A program made the translations under genes and the position numbers. The notes below the pieces were generated by a model. That model made no database searches. It was given only the letters and a program-made list of their open reading frames with translations, and was not told where the DNA came from. From Desulfobacterales bacterium (GTDB lineage: Bacteria; Desulfobacterota; Desulfobacteria; Desulfobacterales; UBA5852), in NCBI GenBank assembly GCA_963674755.2, contig CAXXVS010000001.1, positions 736,001 to 800,000 of the forward strand: a stretch of 64,000 nt of DNA. Reading direction: 5' to 3'. Below are positions 1 through 9,628 of the stretch, piece after piece (within the stretch, counting starts at the first letter, position 1; every line of letters starts with the position of its first letter).

Positions 1-161
1 GACCGCTGATCGAGGCCGGCAGTCTTACCCTGCCCAAGGAGGAAACAGCGCATCCCACAACGCTGCTCGATGGGGTCATTGACGAAATCAATAAAAGGAT
101 CAAAGTTTATGGGATGGAAGTAACCGTATTGCGCATGGACGTCCGTAGCGGCGTCGGATGA
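1..161 (+). CDS. 3' end of a CDS running in from the left edge (unknown product)
   Basis: Open frame from nt 3 (PLIEAGSLTLPKEE...VRSGVG) ending at TGA 159-161. Confidence 0.55.
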   Translation, partial: PLIEAGSLTLPKEETAHPTTLLDGVIDEINKRIKVYGMEVTVLRMDVRSGVG

Positions 162-181
162 GAGAACGGCTTAAATTGTTT

Positions 182-355
182 CTTCATTTTCTTTCACGTG
201 AAGAGGAAACGAAGCAATCACGCCTCGGCGTGACAGGCTTCAAACGCCCGTGTCCCGCTTGATCTTGCGTGTCGGCGCGGGTCAAAGGGAATTGCAACCG
301 AAAACTTAAACTTTTTCCGGGGACAACCCAACGCCTTCCGCTCTGCGGGAGGCGT
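182..355. repeat. Structured intergenic repeat, family A (internally deleted copy)
   Basis: 211-260 is identical to 55651-55700; flanks are also similar; lacks about 80 nt present in the 55.6 kb copy. Confidence 0.85.
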
Positions 356-392
356 TTATTGAAGTTCAACCAATCCATTCAGGGGGAAAAAT

Positions 393-1154
393 ATGGCTGA
401 CAAATATAAACGAATTGCCATCGTAACCGGCAGTACTTCCGGCCTCGGTGAGGCCATCGCGCGGAAATTCGTCGCCGCCGGCTTCGGCGTCGTCGGCAAC
501 GGACGGACGGCGCAAAAATTGGCCGCGCTCGAAAAGGAACTTGGTCCTGCTTTTTGCAGTGTCGCCGGAGATGCGGCCGATCAGGCCGTGGTGGAAAAAC
601 TCTTTGCCAAAGCCGAGGAGCGCTTCGGCCGTGGGGCCGATATCGTGGTGGCCAATGCCGGCCGGGGGCTGGGGGGGTCTGTAAAGGATGCCGATCTGAG
701 GCAGTTCGGGGAAGTGCTAAACACCAACGTGGCCGGGGTAGCCATGCTGATTCAAAAAGCGGCCCGGCAAATGGTGCCGGTGCAGGAGAAGGCTTTTCCC
801 GATGCCGCGGCCGATATCGTCATCATGGGATCGGTGGCCGGGCGCCACATATCGCCCTTCAGCGCCGCCTACAGCGCCTCCAAGTTTGCCGTCAACACCC
901 TGGCGGAAAGCCTGCGGCGGGAAATTGCGACCACGGGGGTGCGTGTTTCGCTGGTGGAGCCGGGCGCGGTGATCAGCGGGTTTCAGGCAGCGGCCGGATA
1001 CGATGACGCCATGGTGAATACCCTGCATGCGAAATACGGCCCCTTGCTGGTCAGCGACGACATTGCCGATGCCGTGTATCATATCGTAAGCCAGCCGCCC
1101 CGCGTGCATATCAGTGATATCATCGTTCGCCCCACGCGTATGGACTATCCCTGA
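393..1154 (+). CDS. Short-chain dehydrogenase/reductase (YdfG-like)
   Basis: TGSTSGLG Rossmann motif, NAG, YSASK catalytic motif, C-terminal 'HISDIIVRPT'; AGGGGG RBS. Confidence 0.92.
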   Translation: MADKYKRIAIVTGSTSGLGEAIARKFVAAGFGVVGNGRTAQKLAALEKELGPAFCSVAGDAADQAVVEKLFAKAEERFGRGADIVVANAGRGLGGSVKDADLRQFGEVLNTNVAGVAMLIQKAARQMVPVQEKAFPDAAADIVIMGSVAGRHISPFSAAYSASKFAVNTLAESLRREIATTGVRVSLVEPGAVISGFQAAAGYDDAMVNTLHAKYGPLLVSDDIADAVYHIVSQPPRVHISDIIVRPTRMDYP

Positions 1155-1312
1155 TACGGCCGTGGTTCGCAGGCGCGCTAAGTCTACCGGGTGATTTCAG
1201 CCAACGGGGAAGATGAAGGCTACCCCTTGGCATGGGGGCCTTCCAAACGGGGCGTTCGACGCGCCCCGTCTTTTTCCGGTCAGGCAACATTTGCGGTTAC
1301 CCGCCAACAACC

Positions 1313-1477
1313 TCAACAACGCGTGCTAAAACTTTGCAGAAGTTCTTTTTCCCGGCGAAGGTCAGCCCGCATATCGTGGCTTTCCGTCCTGACGATTTCC
1401 TGTCGCAGGTCGTCGAGATAGTGGTTTATGGCATGGCAAACGACTTTTTTCTCTTCGTCTTTCACTTCCATACTCAT
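1313..1477 (-). CDS. Small 54-aa hypothetical protein (below the ORF-track cutoff)
   Basis: GGAGG RBS 8 nt before ATG; MSMEVKDEEKKVVCHAINHYLDDLRQEIVRTESHDMRADLRREKELLQSFSTRC*. Confidence 0.75.
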   Translation of the reverse strand: MSMEVKDEEKKVVCHAINHYLDDLRQEIVRTESHDMRADLRREKELLQSFSTRC

Positions 1478-1783
1478 GGCATTGACCTCCTTGTGCCAGC
1501 CAACCGGGTTTCGACCGGTTCAAACAGCTCACGGCGTTCAGGCATGTGAGCTTGCCCTTCCCACGGCATTCGAACGCTGGCCGTGCTTCCGGGCTAACCC
1601 AAAGCATAGGCATTTCCTGCGTAGATTCAAGTCAACGGCAGTGTTTACCGGGGGGAGCTGCGCTGCGAAGATCGGATCCGGCAGTCAGCATTGCGGGGAT
1701 AAGGCGATGAGAAGCACTCCGGCCCATCGCCCGCTATAAAAAGAGACGATAGAGGCGCTTTTACGGTGTGCAATAGAGGATGC

Positions 1784-4423
1784 TTATGGCTTATCGCCGG
1801 AAGCACCGGTGCCCAGGGCTCGGTCCAGGGCGGCCTGCAACTCTACGATGCCGTAGGGTTTCTGCAGAAAGGCCTGGGGGCGCTCAGGATGTTTGTCGCG
1901 CTTCACCTGCACCTCGTCGTAGCCGCTGGACAGGATCACCGGCAGATCGCCGCGCAGCTCCCGTAGCGCGGCCAGGGTCTGCCAGCCGTCCATGCGGGGC
2001 ATGGTGAGGTCGAGGACCGCGAGACGGATGTCGCCTTTGCGGGCGCGGAACTTCTCAACGGCATCAAGACCGTCGACGGCCGTGACGACCACAAACCCTA
2101 TCCGTTTAAGTTGGGCCGCCGCCATATCGCGCACCAGGGGCTCGTCGTCCGCCACGAGCACCAGACCTCTCTGGTCGGACAGCTCGGGCGGTCGGACACC
2201 ATTTTGCTTCGTCTCGGCCGCGGTCTCGGTCAGTTCGGGAAAATAGACCCGGAAGATCATGCCGCGGCCCGGGCGCGTCTCGACATGGATGGCGCCTTCG
2301 TTGGACCGGATCAGCCCCAGAACCACGGACAGTCCCAAGCCGCGACCGGTGAATTTGGTGGAGAAAAAAGGCTCGAAGATTTTTTCCAGATGGGTTGCAT
2401 CCAGGCCGCAGCCGGTATCGGACACGGAAATACAAGCGTAGGTTGCGGTTTTAGGCGTCCAGTCCAGCGGAAAAAAGCGGGAGGCGCTGATATCCGCTTC
2501 GTCAACCACCCCGACCGTGACGGCGATTTCCCCCTTTTGGTCCCCGATGGCTTCGGCGCTGTTGGCGATGATATTGGCGAGGATCTGTTGGATATGGACG
2601 CCGGTGGCCTTGATTCTCGGTCCCGGGGAACGGAATTCGGTTTTCAGCCGGATGCCGGGAGGAATCGACAATTGGGAAAGGGGCAGGGCTTCGCGGACCG
2701 CTTGGGCGAGATCGAGGGGTTCTTTGGCCTCCGGGGTCTGACCGAGATAGGCCCGCATCAGTTTGCCGATTTCGATGGCACGGTGTGACGCCTGCATGGC
2801 GTCCGCCAGATGGGAATCCAGGTCGACTCCCTGGGACAGGTTGTGCTGCGCCAGCTCGAGGTTGCCTACCACCGCGCCCAGCAGATTGTTGAAGTGGTGG
2901 GCGATGCCGCCGGCCATACGGCTCAGACTTTCGGCCCGCCAGATGCGCTGTTTCTGCTGCTCCATCAGAAGCTTTTCGGAATGGACTTGTTTAGCCTCGG
3001 TCATGTCGGCAAAGGAGGTGAGCAGGCACTGCCGACCGTCGATGGCCACGATGGACAGCGAGACAAGGAAGGTGACAATGCTCGCGGACTTGGTCCGAAA
3101 GCGACACTCCCTGGCGTAGACATGCCCACATTTGGTAAGCTCGCTGCGGATGGCGGCTTCATCATCGGGGTCGGCCACAAGTCCGATCTCGGCATAGGTT
3201 TTACCGATCACCTCCGATCGGGTGTAGCCAATATCCCTGAGAAACGTCTCATTGACGTCGAGAAAGTGTCCTTCGGGAATGGCGTTGAGGGCAATGGCAA
3301 GGGGGCTCCATTGAAACGCCGTGGCGAAGCGTTGTTCCGATTCCCGCATGGCGCGGTAGAGCCGGGCATTCTGGAAGGCGGCGGATGTCTGATCGGCATA
3401 CAGTGAAGCGATCTGAACGGTATCGGGGGTGAACATCATGCGATACAAGCGCACGGCATAGAGCAGCCCCAGGATCTGTTTCTCGCGGTGAATGGGAATC
3501 GCCAGGAGTGACCGGGCCGGGCAGGTCTTCAGGCCGCATATCGCGAACTGTTCGCCGACCGTTTGCAGGTCGTCAATGCAGTAGGGCTGGCTCGCCGCCA
3601 AACGCGATTCCACTAACAATTTATTGGTAAGACGGCGCCAGAGGGGAGCTTCCCCAAGTGCCAGATCGGATTGGTAGGCACGATCGGGATTGCCGTCGGC
3701 GTCCATCAGCACCAGCAGGGCTGCATCGGCAAGCACCACTTCCGGAAGATGGCGGACCGCTTCGGCCGCGACCTTTTTCTCCTCCAATTGTGAGCTGATG
3801 AGGCGGCCCACCCGGACAAGCTGTTCCACCTGGGCGCTTTTTTGAGCCTGCTCCAGGGTCAGGCCGATGCGATAGGCCATGGTCGCCAGCAGGTCGGCAT
3901 CGGCATTGGCAAAAGGCAGCGACTGGCAGCGCGCCAGGACCAAAGCGCCGCGTACCGACTGGGTGTCGATCACGGGCAGCCAGACTGCCGTTTCAGCCCC
4001 AAGTTCCCGGAGCTGCGGCTCCACCAGCGGGTCTTGGCCGGCTTCCGTGATCAATACGGGGGCCTTGCTGGCCATGGCTGTCGCCGCATAGCTGGACAGG
4101 GCTTCCGATAGCGGCTGGTGAATTATATCCTCGGGCAGACCAATGGCGGCCTTGGGGACAAAATTACCCGTCCCGGACGGATCCAAAAGAACGACGATTT
4201 CCGCTATGAAAAGTTCCGAGAGGGCGGCCAGCGCCCTGTCGAGGAGGTCCGGGAGCGGCTTGGGCTCATTGAGGATAGTCAGCAGGCGGGTCAGACGGGT
4301 GGTGTCACGCACGGCTTCCCTCGCCGCCTGGAGGGCCGCGTCGCGTGCGGCGCGCAGGCGAAAATCGCCGTCCGAGTCTTTCGATTCCTGATTGTTATTG
4401 CACGGATGCGCGTTGACCGACAT
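1784..4423 (-). CDS. Hybrid sensor histidine kinase (GAF-GAF-PAS-HisKA-HATPase-REC)
   Basis: H-box GGIAHHFNNLL, FEPFFSTKFTGRGLGL, REC 'LVADDE...LDLTMPRMDG'; start placed at MSVNAH (4423). Confidence 0.92.
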   Translation of the reverse strand: MSVNAHPCNNNQESKDSDGDFRLRAARDAALQAAREAVRDTTRLTRLLTILNEPKPLPDLLDRALAALSELFIAEIVVLLDPSGTGNFVPKAAIGLPEDIIHQPLSEALSSYAATAMASKAPVLITEAGQDPLVEPQLRELGAETAVWLPVIDTQSVRGALVLARCQSLPFANADADLLATMAYRIGLTLEQAQKSAQVEQLVRVGRLISSQLEEKKVAAEAVRHLPEVVLADAALLVLMDADGNPDRAYQSDLALGEAPLWRRLTNKLLVESRLAASQPYCIDDLQTVGEQFAICGLKTCPARSLLAIPIHREKQILGLLYAVRLYRMMFTPDTVQIASLYADQTSAAFQNARLYRAMRESEQRFATAFQWSPLAIALNAIPEGHFLDVNETFLRDIGYTRSEVIGKTYAEIGLVADPDDEAAIRSELTKCGHVYARECRFRTKSASIVTFLVSLSIVAIDGRQCLLTSFADMTEAKQVHSEKLLMEQQKQRIWRAESLSRMAGGIAHHFNNLLGAVVGNLELAQHNLSQGVDLDSHLADAMQASHRAIEIGKLMRAYLGQTPEAKEPLDLAQAVREALPLSQLSIPPGIRLKTEFRSPGPRIKATGVHIQQILANIIANSAEAIGDQKGEIAVTVGVVDEADISASRFFPLDWTPKTATYACISVSDTGCGLDATHLEKIFEPFFSTKFTGRGLGLSVVLGLIRSNEGAIHVETRPGRGMIFRVYFPELTETAAETKQNGVRPPELSDQRGLVLVADDEPLVRDMAAAQLKRIGFVVVTAVDGLDAVEKFRARKGDIRLAVLDLTMPRMDGWQTLAALRELRGDLPVILSSGYDEVQVKRDKHPERPQAFLQKPYGIVELQAALDRALGTGASGDKP

Positions 4424-4434
4424 CCTACTGCCCT

Positions 4435-5607
4435 TTAAAGCGCCATTGCCGTAAGGGTGGCATTGTGGGTTCCCAGTACACCGGTCGTGCGTGAAAATTC
4501 GCCGCAACAGTGCATTCCGAAGACCGGCACGCGGCCCGCAGCCGCCTGCAAACGTTGGGCTTCTTCCGGCTTGCGGTCACCGAAAATAGTGGCGCGGGCC
4601 GCACAACTGAACGCCAGCAGCAGCCCCGCCTCGGGGTGCGTTTCCAGAGCACGGGTGGCGGTGCTTTCGACAATGTCGAGCAGCATATCGGGCGTGCCGG
4701 TCATGACCTGGACAGCGCTTCCGGCCGACGGGGCGCAGCCCTGGATCCGGAGGCCTCCCTGGGCCATCTTGGCCCGCGCCACCCGGATGACGAAGGATCC
4801 GTCCGCCTGGAGCAGGCCGAAGGGGTGATTGATGGAGGTCTCCCAAAATTTATCGGCACTCAAGGCCCCCGGTGCCAGGCCGAGTTGTTCTTCATAGACG
4901 ACCGACGCCGGCCGGCCCCCGATCTCGAGGATTTCAGCGCCCCCGGCACGAGTGATCAGCAGGGGGACACCGATGGGCTGCCAGCCGTGCTGGACTTCGA
5001 CGCGCAACGGCCTTTCGCTGGCGATCCAGAGGGCCAATGCGCCATCATTTACGATATCGTTATTATGGAAGATGCTTGTTTTTATGAATTGCTGTTCGTC
5101 ACTCGCCGCTCCCCCGAACATGGGTACTTTGGGACCGGTGATCCGATAAACCCCCTGTACGATCTGTTGCAGATCCCCGAGAAGGGCGTCGGCCAGAACC
5201 AATACCCCGGCGTGCGGGCTTTCACCAACCTCAGCCCGGCAAGTCCGTGTGATATCCTGGGCGGCGCGATCCATGTCAACGCGGATATGACTGGCCGATG
5301 CCGCCGCAAAGCGGTAAGGCCCGGCGGTCATGGCCAGAACCGCGACGCCGGCCCCGAATCCCATATATGTGCCCTGCACGAGCTCGCCGGAGCTGGTGGC
5401 CCCGATCAGCAGTGTGGTGCCTGTCACCGAGCGGATAGTCGCCAGTAGTTTGGGAAGATCGTAGCGTGGGGTGCAGAAAACCATGATGAGTGCCGGTGGT
5501 TCGCCGGGCAGCCCGGCCAAGGCCGCGGAGGCCGCCGCGCGTCCGGCTTCGGCCGCATCCTGCGCATTGCTGGTGCCAATGCCTGTGCATAGGTTCATCG
5601 CTGACAT
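4435..5607 (-). CDS. FIST N/C-domain signal transduction protein
   Basis: IGATSSGE, FGGAASD, HGWQPIG, FSCAAR, GEF...HNAT motifs; directly upstream of the kinase. Confidence 0.88.
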   Translation of the reverse strand: MSAMNLCTGIGTSNAQDAAEAGRAAASAALAGLPGEPPALIMVFCTPRYDLPKLLATIRSVTGTTLLIGATSSGELVQGTYMGFGAGVAVLAMTAGPYRFAAASASHIRVDMDRAAQDITRTCRAEVGESPHAGVLVLADALLGDLQQIVQGVYRITGPKVPMFGGAASDEQQFIKTSIFHNNDIVNDGALALWIASERPLRVEVQHGWQPIGVPLLITRAGGAEILEIGGRPASVVYEEQLGLAPGALSADKFWETSINHPFGLLQADGSFVIRVARAKMAQGGLRIQGCAPSAGSAVQVMTGTPDMLLDIVESTATRALETHPEAGLLLAFSCAARATIFGDRKPEEAQRLQAAAGRVPVFGMHCCGEFSRTTGVLGTHNATLTAMAL

Positions 5608-5887
5608 GTCCTTGCTTTGGGGGAAAAATTTCCAGGACAATCCCAAGTCCCTGAGAGGCCTTTGATCTGACGACGAATGGTCAGATCGCGAGGCCGGACC
5701 GGGCCGGGCAACGCCGCGGTCCGCCCAACCCGGTCTTCAAACCTCGATCAGAGCTTATATCGTACGAAGGGTTCAATTTCTTGAGCGAATTCTATACTTG
5801 GGGAGGGGGCGAGATCGGAGTCCCTGACGGATGGTGATAGACTTGTTTGATCAAGGTTCCGACCTCGCTGTGTATCAGAACGGGTAA

Positions 5888-6265
5888 GCACCCCTCGATG
5901 TTGAAACTTACCTAAACCTTCGTCATCTGCACGTCTCACTGAAGGGCGAGCCCCAAGGCTACATCGACGATATCATCCGGTCCCGGGGATTTCAGCGGAA
6001 TGTCGTTGCCACTGTGGGGCATTTCTTGGTGGCCCCGTTCCTGCTGGCATCGACGGATGCCGTCGCTACGGAGCCGCGTCGCATTCTGGCACCTTTGGGG
6101 CGACTGCTGAATCTGAAACTTGTCGATCCACCCATCGACATCCCGCCTTTCCAGGTAACCCAAATATGGCATAGGCGTTTCGATACCGACACCGGGCACC
6201 AATGGCTGCGGGCTGCGGGATCTGATACAGGCAATCTGCAGGGGGTTAAACGAAGGGGTTCCTGA
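5888..6265 (+). pseudogene. C-terminal fragment of a LysR-type regulator substrate-binding domain
   Basis: Frame after TAA 5885-5887 reads ...RHLHVSLKGEPQGYIDD...VGHFLVAPFLLASTDAVATEPRR...QIWHRRFDTDTGHQWLR; no HTH and no proper start. Confidence 0.75.
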
Positions 6266-6463
6266 ACGGCGATGAAATACACCATTGCTTGCCAACCGGC
6301 ATCGTCATCACCCCGGGGCGTGGATCGAGGTATGCCCCGGGTATACGGAGTTTGGCGTTGATTTTCAGTGACAGACGGGTATTGGCCGGCCTAGTTGCCG
6401 ATTTTTCATCATCCGGTTCGCGCTCGGCGGCAGCTTCAAGGCCCTCGGGTTCAGAGGCGCGCC

Positions 6464-6733
6464 TCAGTCTTGCGCGTCTTTTTCCCGGCGGATGAAGTCG
6501 GCCAGGCTCCCCAGGGTCTGCAAGATGGTCCGGCCGATTTTTTCGGCGTCGATGCGGATGCCGTAGCGCATCTGCACGGTCACGATGATTTCGACGGCAT
6601 CCAGGGAGTCCAGACCCAGGGGGCCCTCCGGGCCGATCAGGATGGAATCCCGCCCGAAGTCCTCGGGCAGGGGGCCGGGAATATCACACGCTTCCACGAT
6701 CATTTCTGCCAGTTCACGCTCTAAAGCATCCAT
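6464..6733 (-). CDS. Acyl carrier protein
   Basis: 89 aa, acidic, GLDSLDAVE phosphopantetheine site. Confidence 0.9.
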   Translation of the reverse strand: MDALERELAEMIVEACDIPGPLPEDFGRDSILIGPEGPLGLDSLDAVEIIVTVQMRYGIRIDAEKIGRTILQTLGSLADFIRREKDAQD

Positions 6734-6739
6734 AGATGT

Positions 6740-8545
6740 CTATCCGAGATTCCTTTCCGCATGGGCCCGACGACGGCCCGCTGATGTCAGGGATGGTTCG
6801 GCGGCGGACAGCGCCATCCGGTTTTCAGGGTCCGGGTGGATGGCCACAGCCCAGGTGCCCGGGCCGGTGTGGACGCCGGTGGTCAGGGACAAGGGCTGCA
6901 GGATGATTTCCGCCCCGGGAAAGTGTTTGGCAATGGCCTCGGCGGCCTTGGCTTCGACCCAGTCGCGATTGTCGGTATACTCCACCAGGACGATGGGCGC
7001 GACCGCATTCGCCAGATCGGTCTTCAAGTGTTGCAGGGCAAATTGCAGCTGCTCCGTGCGGTTTTTGACGCTGCCGATTTTTTCGGCGCCCGTGGACAGG
7101 GGACTGATGACCGGTTTGACATTGAAGAAGTCCCCCACCACGGCGCTGGGCCGGGAGAGCCGGCCCCCGGCGGCCAGGTATTTCAGACGGTCGATAAAGA
7201 TGTATTCCCGGCAAACGGTCAGGGAGCGTTCCGCCAGGGCCGCCACGCGTTCCATGTCCGCCCCGCCGGCGGCCAGCCGCACGGCGGCCAGCACCATGAC
7301 CGCCAACCGGCCCGAGGCCGCCCCCGTATCCACGATGCGCAACCGGTTGCCGGGGTCGTGGCGGGCCTGCCAGGCCGCGGCCGCCCCGTAGTTGCCGGTA
7401 AAGGCCGATCCGACGCAGAGATAAAGGGTTTTCGAATACGTTTCCAGCAGGCGCTGGTAGTGCTGGCGGCGTTCGAAATCCGAGGCCTGGGAAGTGGACA
7501 CCCGCTCCCCGGCGCGCATGCGGCGGTAAATCTCCTGGGGCATCACCCGGGTTTCGGGCAGGGAGTCGTCACCGGTGTTGATATAGCTTTCCAGCAGGGT
7601 GATGCCGTAGCGTTGCTGGTCTTCACGGGTCAGGGAGGCGGCGCCGTCCGTGGCGATGTGCACCCGGGCCGGGCGGGGGCGCTGCCGAAAGGCCCGGACC
7701 TGCCGGGACAGATCGTCTTCCGACCAGCTCATCAGGGCGCCCGTGGCCTCTATGGTACGGCGGGCGGTTTCCCGGTCGGCCGTATGGAAATGGAGTTTGA
7801 TCACATCGTCCCGGGTAAGATGCACGACGCTCTCGGCCTGGGCAACCAGATCCTGAATGACGGCATCCATGCCCGCGTTCGCCGCCAGCACGGTATCGAT
7901 GCAATACCCTTGATTATCGGCCTCCTGAAAGTCGGCGCTGATATTAAGGCTGCCCGGGAAACGCCGGGTGGGCGGTTGGCAGTCGTCAAGCCGGTCGATC
8001 AGGGCGTAGAAAAACCCTTCGAAAAAAAGATACATCCCCAAGGCGCCGGCATCCACGACACCGGCGGCCTTCAGGCGGGGCAGCGCCTCCGGGCTGTTCT
8101 GCACCGTGGCCTGCAGGGCTTCGAGCAGGGCCTCGACCGTGTCGACTGCGGCAACGGGGCTACGCTGCGCCAACTCGGCGGCCAGGGCATCGAACAGGGA
8201 CAGCATGGTGCCTTCCCGGGGGGTCTGCACGGCCCGATAGGCGGCCCGGGCGCCCCGGCGGGCGGCGTCGTCTACGGGAATGAACGGTACTTTGATGAAT
8301 TCGCAGAAAAACTGGGTGGCGATATTCCCGGAGTTGCCCCGGGCGGCCTGGAGGAGCTTTACCGCCCGGCGGTCGATAGCATCGTTCCCGGAGCGGGCCT
8401 GCAAGGGCATCAGGCTGACCTGCAGGTTGCGCCCCGTGTCGCCGTCCGCCACCGGGAAGACGTTGATGGCGTCCAGCAGATCCGACCAGGCGGCCAGGCG
8501 GTCGAAGCCCGCCTGCAGGGCGTGGTTAAACAGCGTGGGCGTCAT
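6740..8545 (-). CDS. DAK2-DegV fusion (fatty acid kinase FakA/FakB-like)
   Basis: INVFPVADGDTGRNL, ARGNSG, VVDAGA in the N-terminus; DegV motifs STSQ, YLAAGGRL, HTGPG. Confidence 0.88.
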   Translation of the reverse strand: MTPTLFNHALQAGFDRLAAWSDLLDAINVFPVADGDTGRNLQVSLMPLQARSGNDAIDRRAVKLLQAARGNSGNIATQFFCEFIKVPFIPVDDAARRGARAAYRAVQTPREGTMLSLFDALAAELAQRSPVAAVDTVEALLEALQATVQNSPEALPRLKAAGVVDAGALGMYLFFEGFFYALIDRLDDCQPPTRRFPGSLNISADFQEADNQGYCIDTVLAANAGMDAVIQDLVAQAESVVHLTRDDVIKLHFHTADRETARRTIEATGALMSWSEDDLSRQVRAFRQRPRPARVHIATDGAASLTREDQQRYGITLLESYINTGDDSLPETRVMPQEIYRRMRAGERVSTSQASDFERRQHYQRLLETYSKTLYLCVGSAFTGNYGAAAAWQARHDPGNRLRIVDTGAASGRLAVMVLAAVRLAAGGADMERVAALAERSLTVCREYIFIDRLKYLAAGGRLSRPSAVVGDFFNVKPVISPLSTGAEKIGSVKNRTEQLQFALQHLKTDLANAVAPIVLVEYTDNRDWVEAKAAEAIAKHFPGAEIILQPLSLTTGVHTGPGTWAVAIHPDPENRMALSAAEPSLTSAGRRRAHAERNLG

Positions 8546-8973
8546 GGGACGTCAGCGCGGGTCAAGGCGGTTTCGATTTCGGCCGGGATCTGGAGCATCA
8601 GCTCGTCGCCGGGATACTTGACGGACACCTGTTCGCTGCGCCCCCGGGTGGTGACGATGCCGTCGTCCTCGCGCCGGATCTCGAAATCGAGAACGATGCG
8701 GATGTGGGCTTCGCGAACCGTCGTGCGTACCACAAAGCGGTCCCGGTAGCGCAGGGAGCGGATATGCTTGGTGGAGGTGCGGGTGACGGGAAAGAAGAAC
8801 CCCGACCGCTGGGAGTATTCATGGAGATCCACGCCGCAGTGGCTGAAGAGCGCAAAGCGGGCCTGGTCGAAGTACTTCAGGTAATTGCCGTGCCAGACCA
8901 TTTGCAGGGGGTCGAGATCGTGAAACGGCACGCTCATCCGGATTTCGTGGCTGGCGTAAGTTACCTTGCCCAT
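8542..8973 (-). CDS. Acyl-CoA/ACP thioesterase (4HBT/YbgC hot-dog family)
   Basis: VPFHDLDPLQMVWHGNYLKYF motif; GGAGG upstream of MGKVTY. Confidence 0.85.
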   Translation of the reverse strand: MGKVTYASHEIRMSVPFHDLDPLQMVWHGNYLKYFDQARFALFSHCGVDLHEYSQRSGFFFPVTRTSTKHIRSLRYRDRFVVRTTVREAHIRIVLDFEIRREDDGIVTTRGRSEQVSVKYPGDELMLQIPAEIETALTRADVP

Positions 8974-9118
8974 GGCGATCAGGGGGTCCTCCTGCGGTTT
9001 GCGGTTACCGTGCCCCAAGGGCGGCGGCCTGTCCAAAGCGGCGTTCTATTTAGCCGCCTTCCCGGATAAAAGTCAATCATTCGGTCTGAATCTTCTGATA
9101 TTTAACCACAATTAGACA

Positions 9119-9148
9119 TTGACAGTGATTCGGCAAGAGCGCTAATTT
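9119..9148 (+). promoter_or_regulatory. Candidate sigma70 promoter for the rightward lipid-cluster operon
   Basis: TTGACA-N18-TAATTT in the AT-rich divergent intergenic region. Confidence 0.4.
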
Positions 9149-9187
9149 AGCAGGATTTTTGTGGCGATTGCCGAAGGAAGGCCGACC

Positions 9188-9628
9188 ATGCACAAAGAAA
9201 ATGTACCTCAGGATGTCGGACTGGCGGGTCCCCTGCGGGAGGTGGTTTACGCCGTCGGGGAAGACGGCCGCTACGAGGCTGTCCCCAGTTACGGATGGGA
9301 TCCCAAAACGGTAGCGCTGCGTCAGGCCTGGGAGCTTATTCTGAAGGAATTGGAAACGATCAAGGCCCGGGTGGCGGCCGGCGAGCTCAGCCCCCTGGCC
9401 TGGCACATGACGCGGCATCAGATGCAGCCGCCCCTGCTGGCCAAGTATGCCCGCATCAACCGCTGGCGTATCCGGCGGCACATGAAAGCCGGCCCCTTCC
9501 GCCGGTTGAAACCGGAGCTCCTGGCGCGTTATGCCGAAGCGCTGGGCATCCCTGCTGAGGATCTCAAGCGCATCCCCGACACAACGGACCTGGAATTCAG
9601 CACGAATCGGACTCACGAATCGGAATGA
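9188..9628 (+). CDS. Conserved hypothetical protein of flexirubin/dialkylresorcinol-type clusters (HTH-like C-terminus)
   Basis: VPQD...YAV.EDG.Y....S.GW.PK..AL..AW pattern recalled from ORFs preceding BtrH-like genes. Confidence 0.7.
   Translation: MHKENVPQDVGLAGPLREVVYAVGEDGRYEAVPSYGWDPKTVALRQAWELILKELETIKARVAAGELSPLAWHMTRHQMQPPLLAKYARINRWRIRRHMKAGPFRRLKPELLARYAEALGIPAEDLKRIPDTTDLEFSTNRTHESE

Noticed and set aside
5680..5750. Second tRNA-like element around GGTCTTCAAACC
   Set aside because: It resembles a UCA anticodon loop but has no T-loop or acceptor stem
6836..8749. Long antisense or alternate-frame ORFs (also 13759-15885, 34874-36655, 28104-29396, 40628-42100, 42453-43799, 59356-60567)
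   Set aside because: Shadows of well-supported genes in GC-rich DNA, with no recognisable motifs
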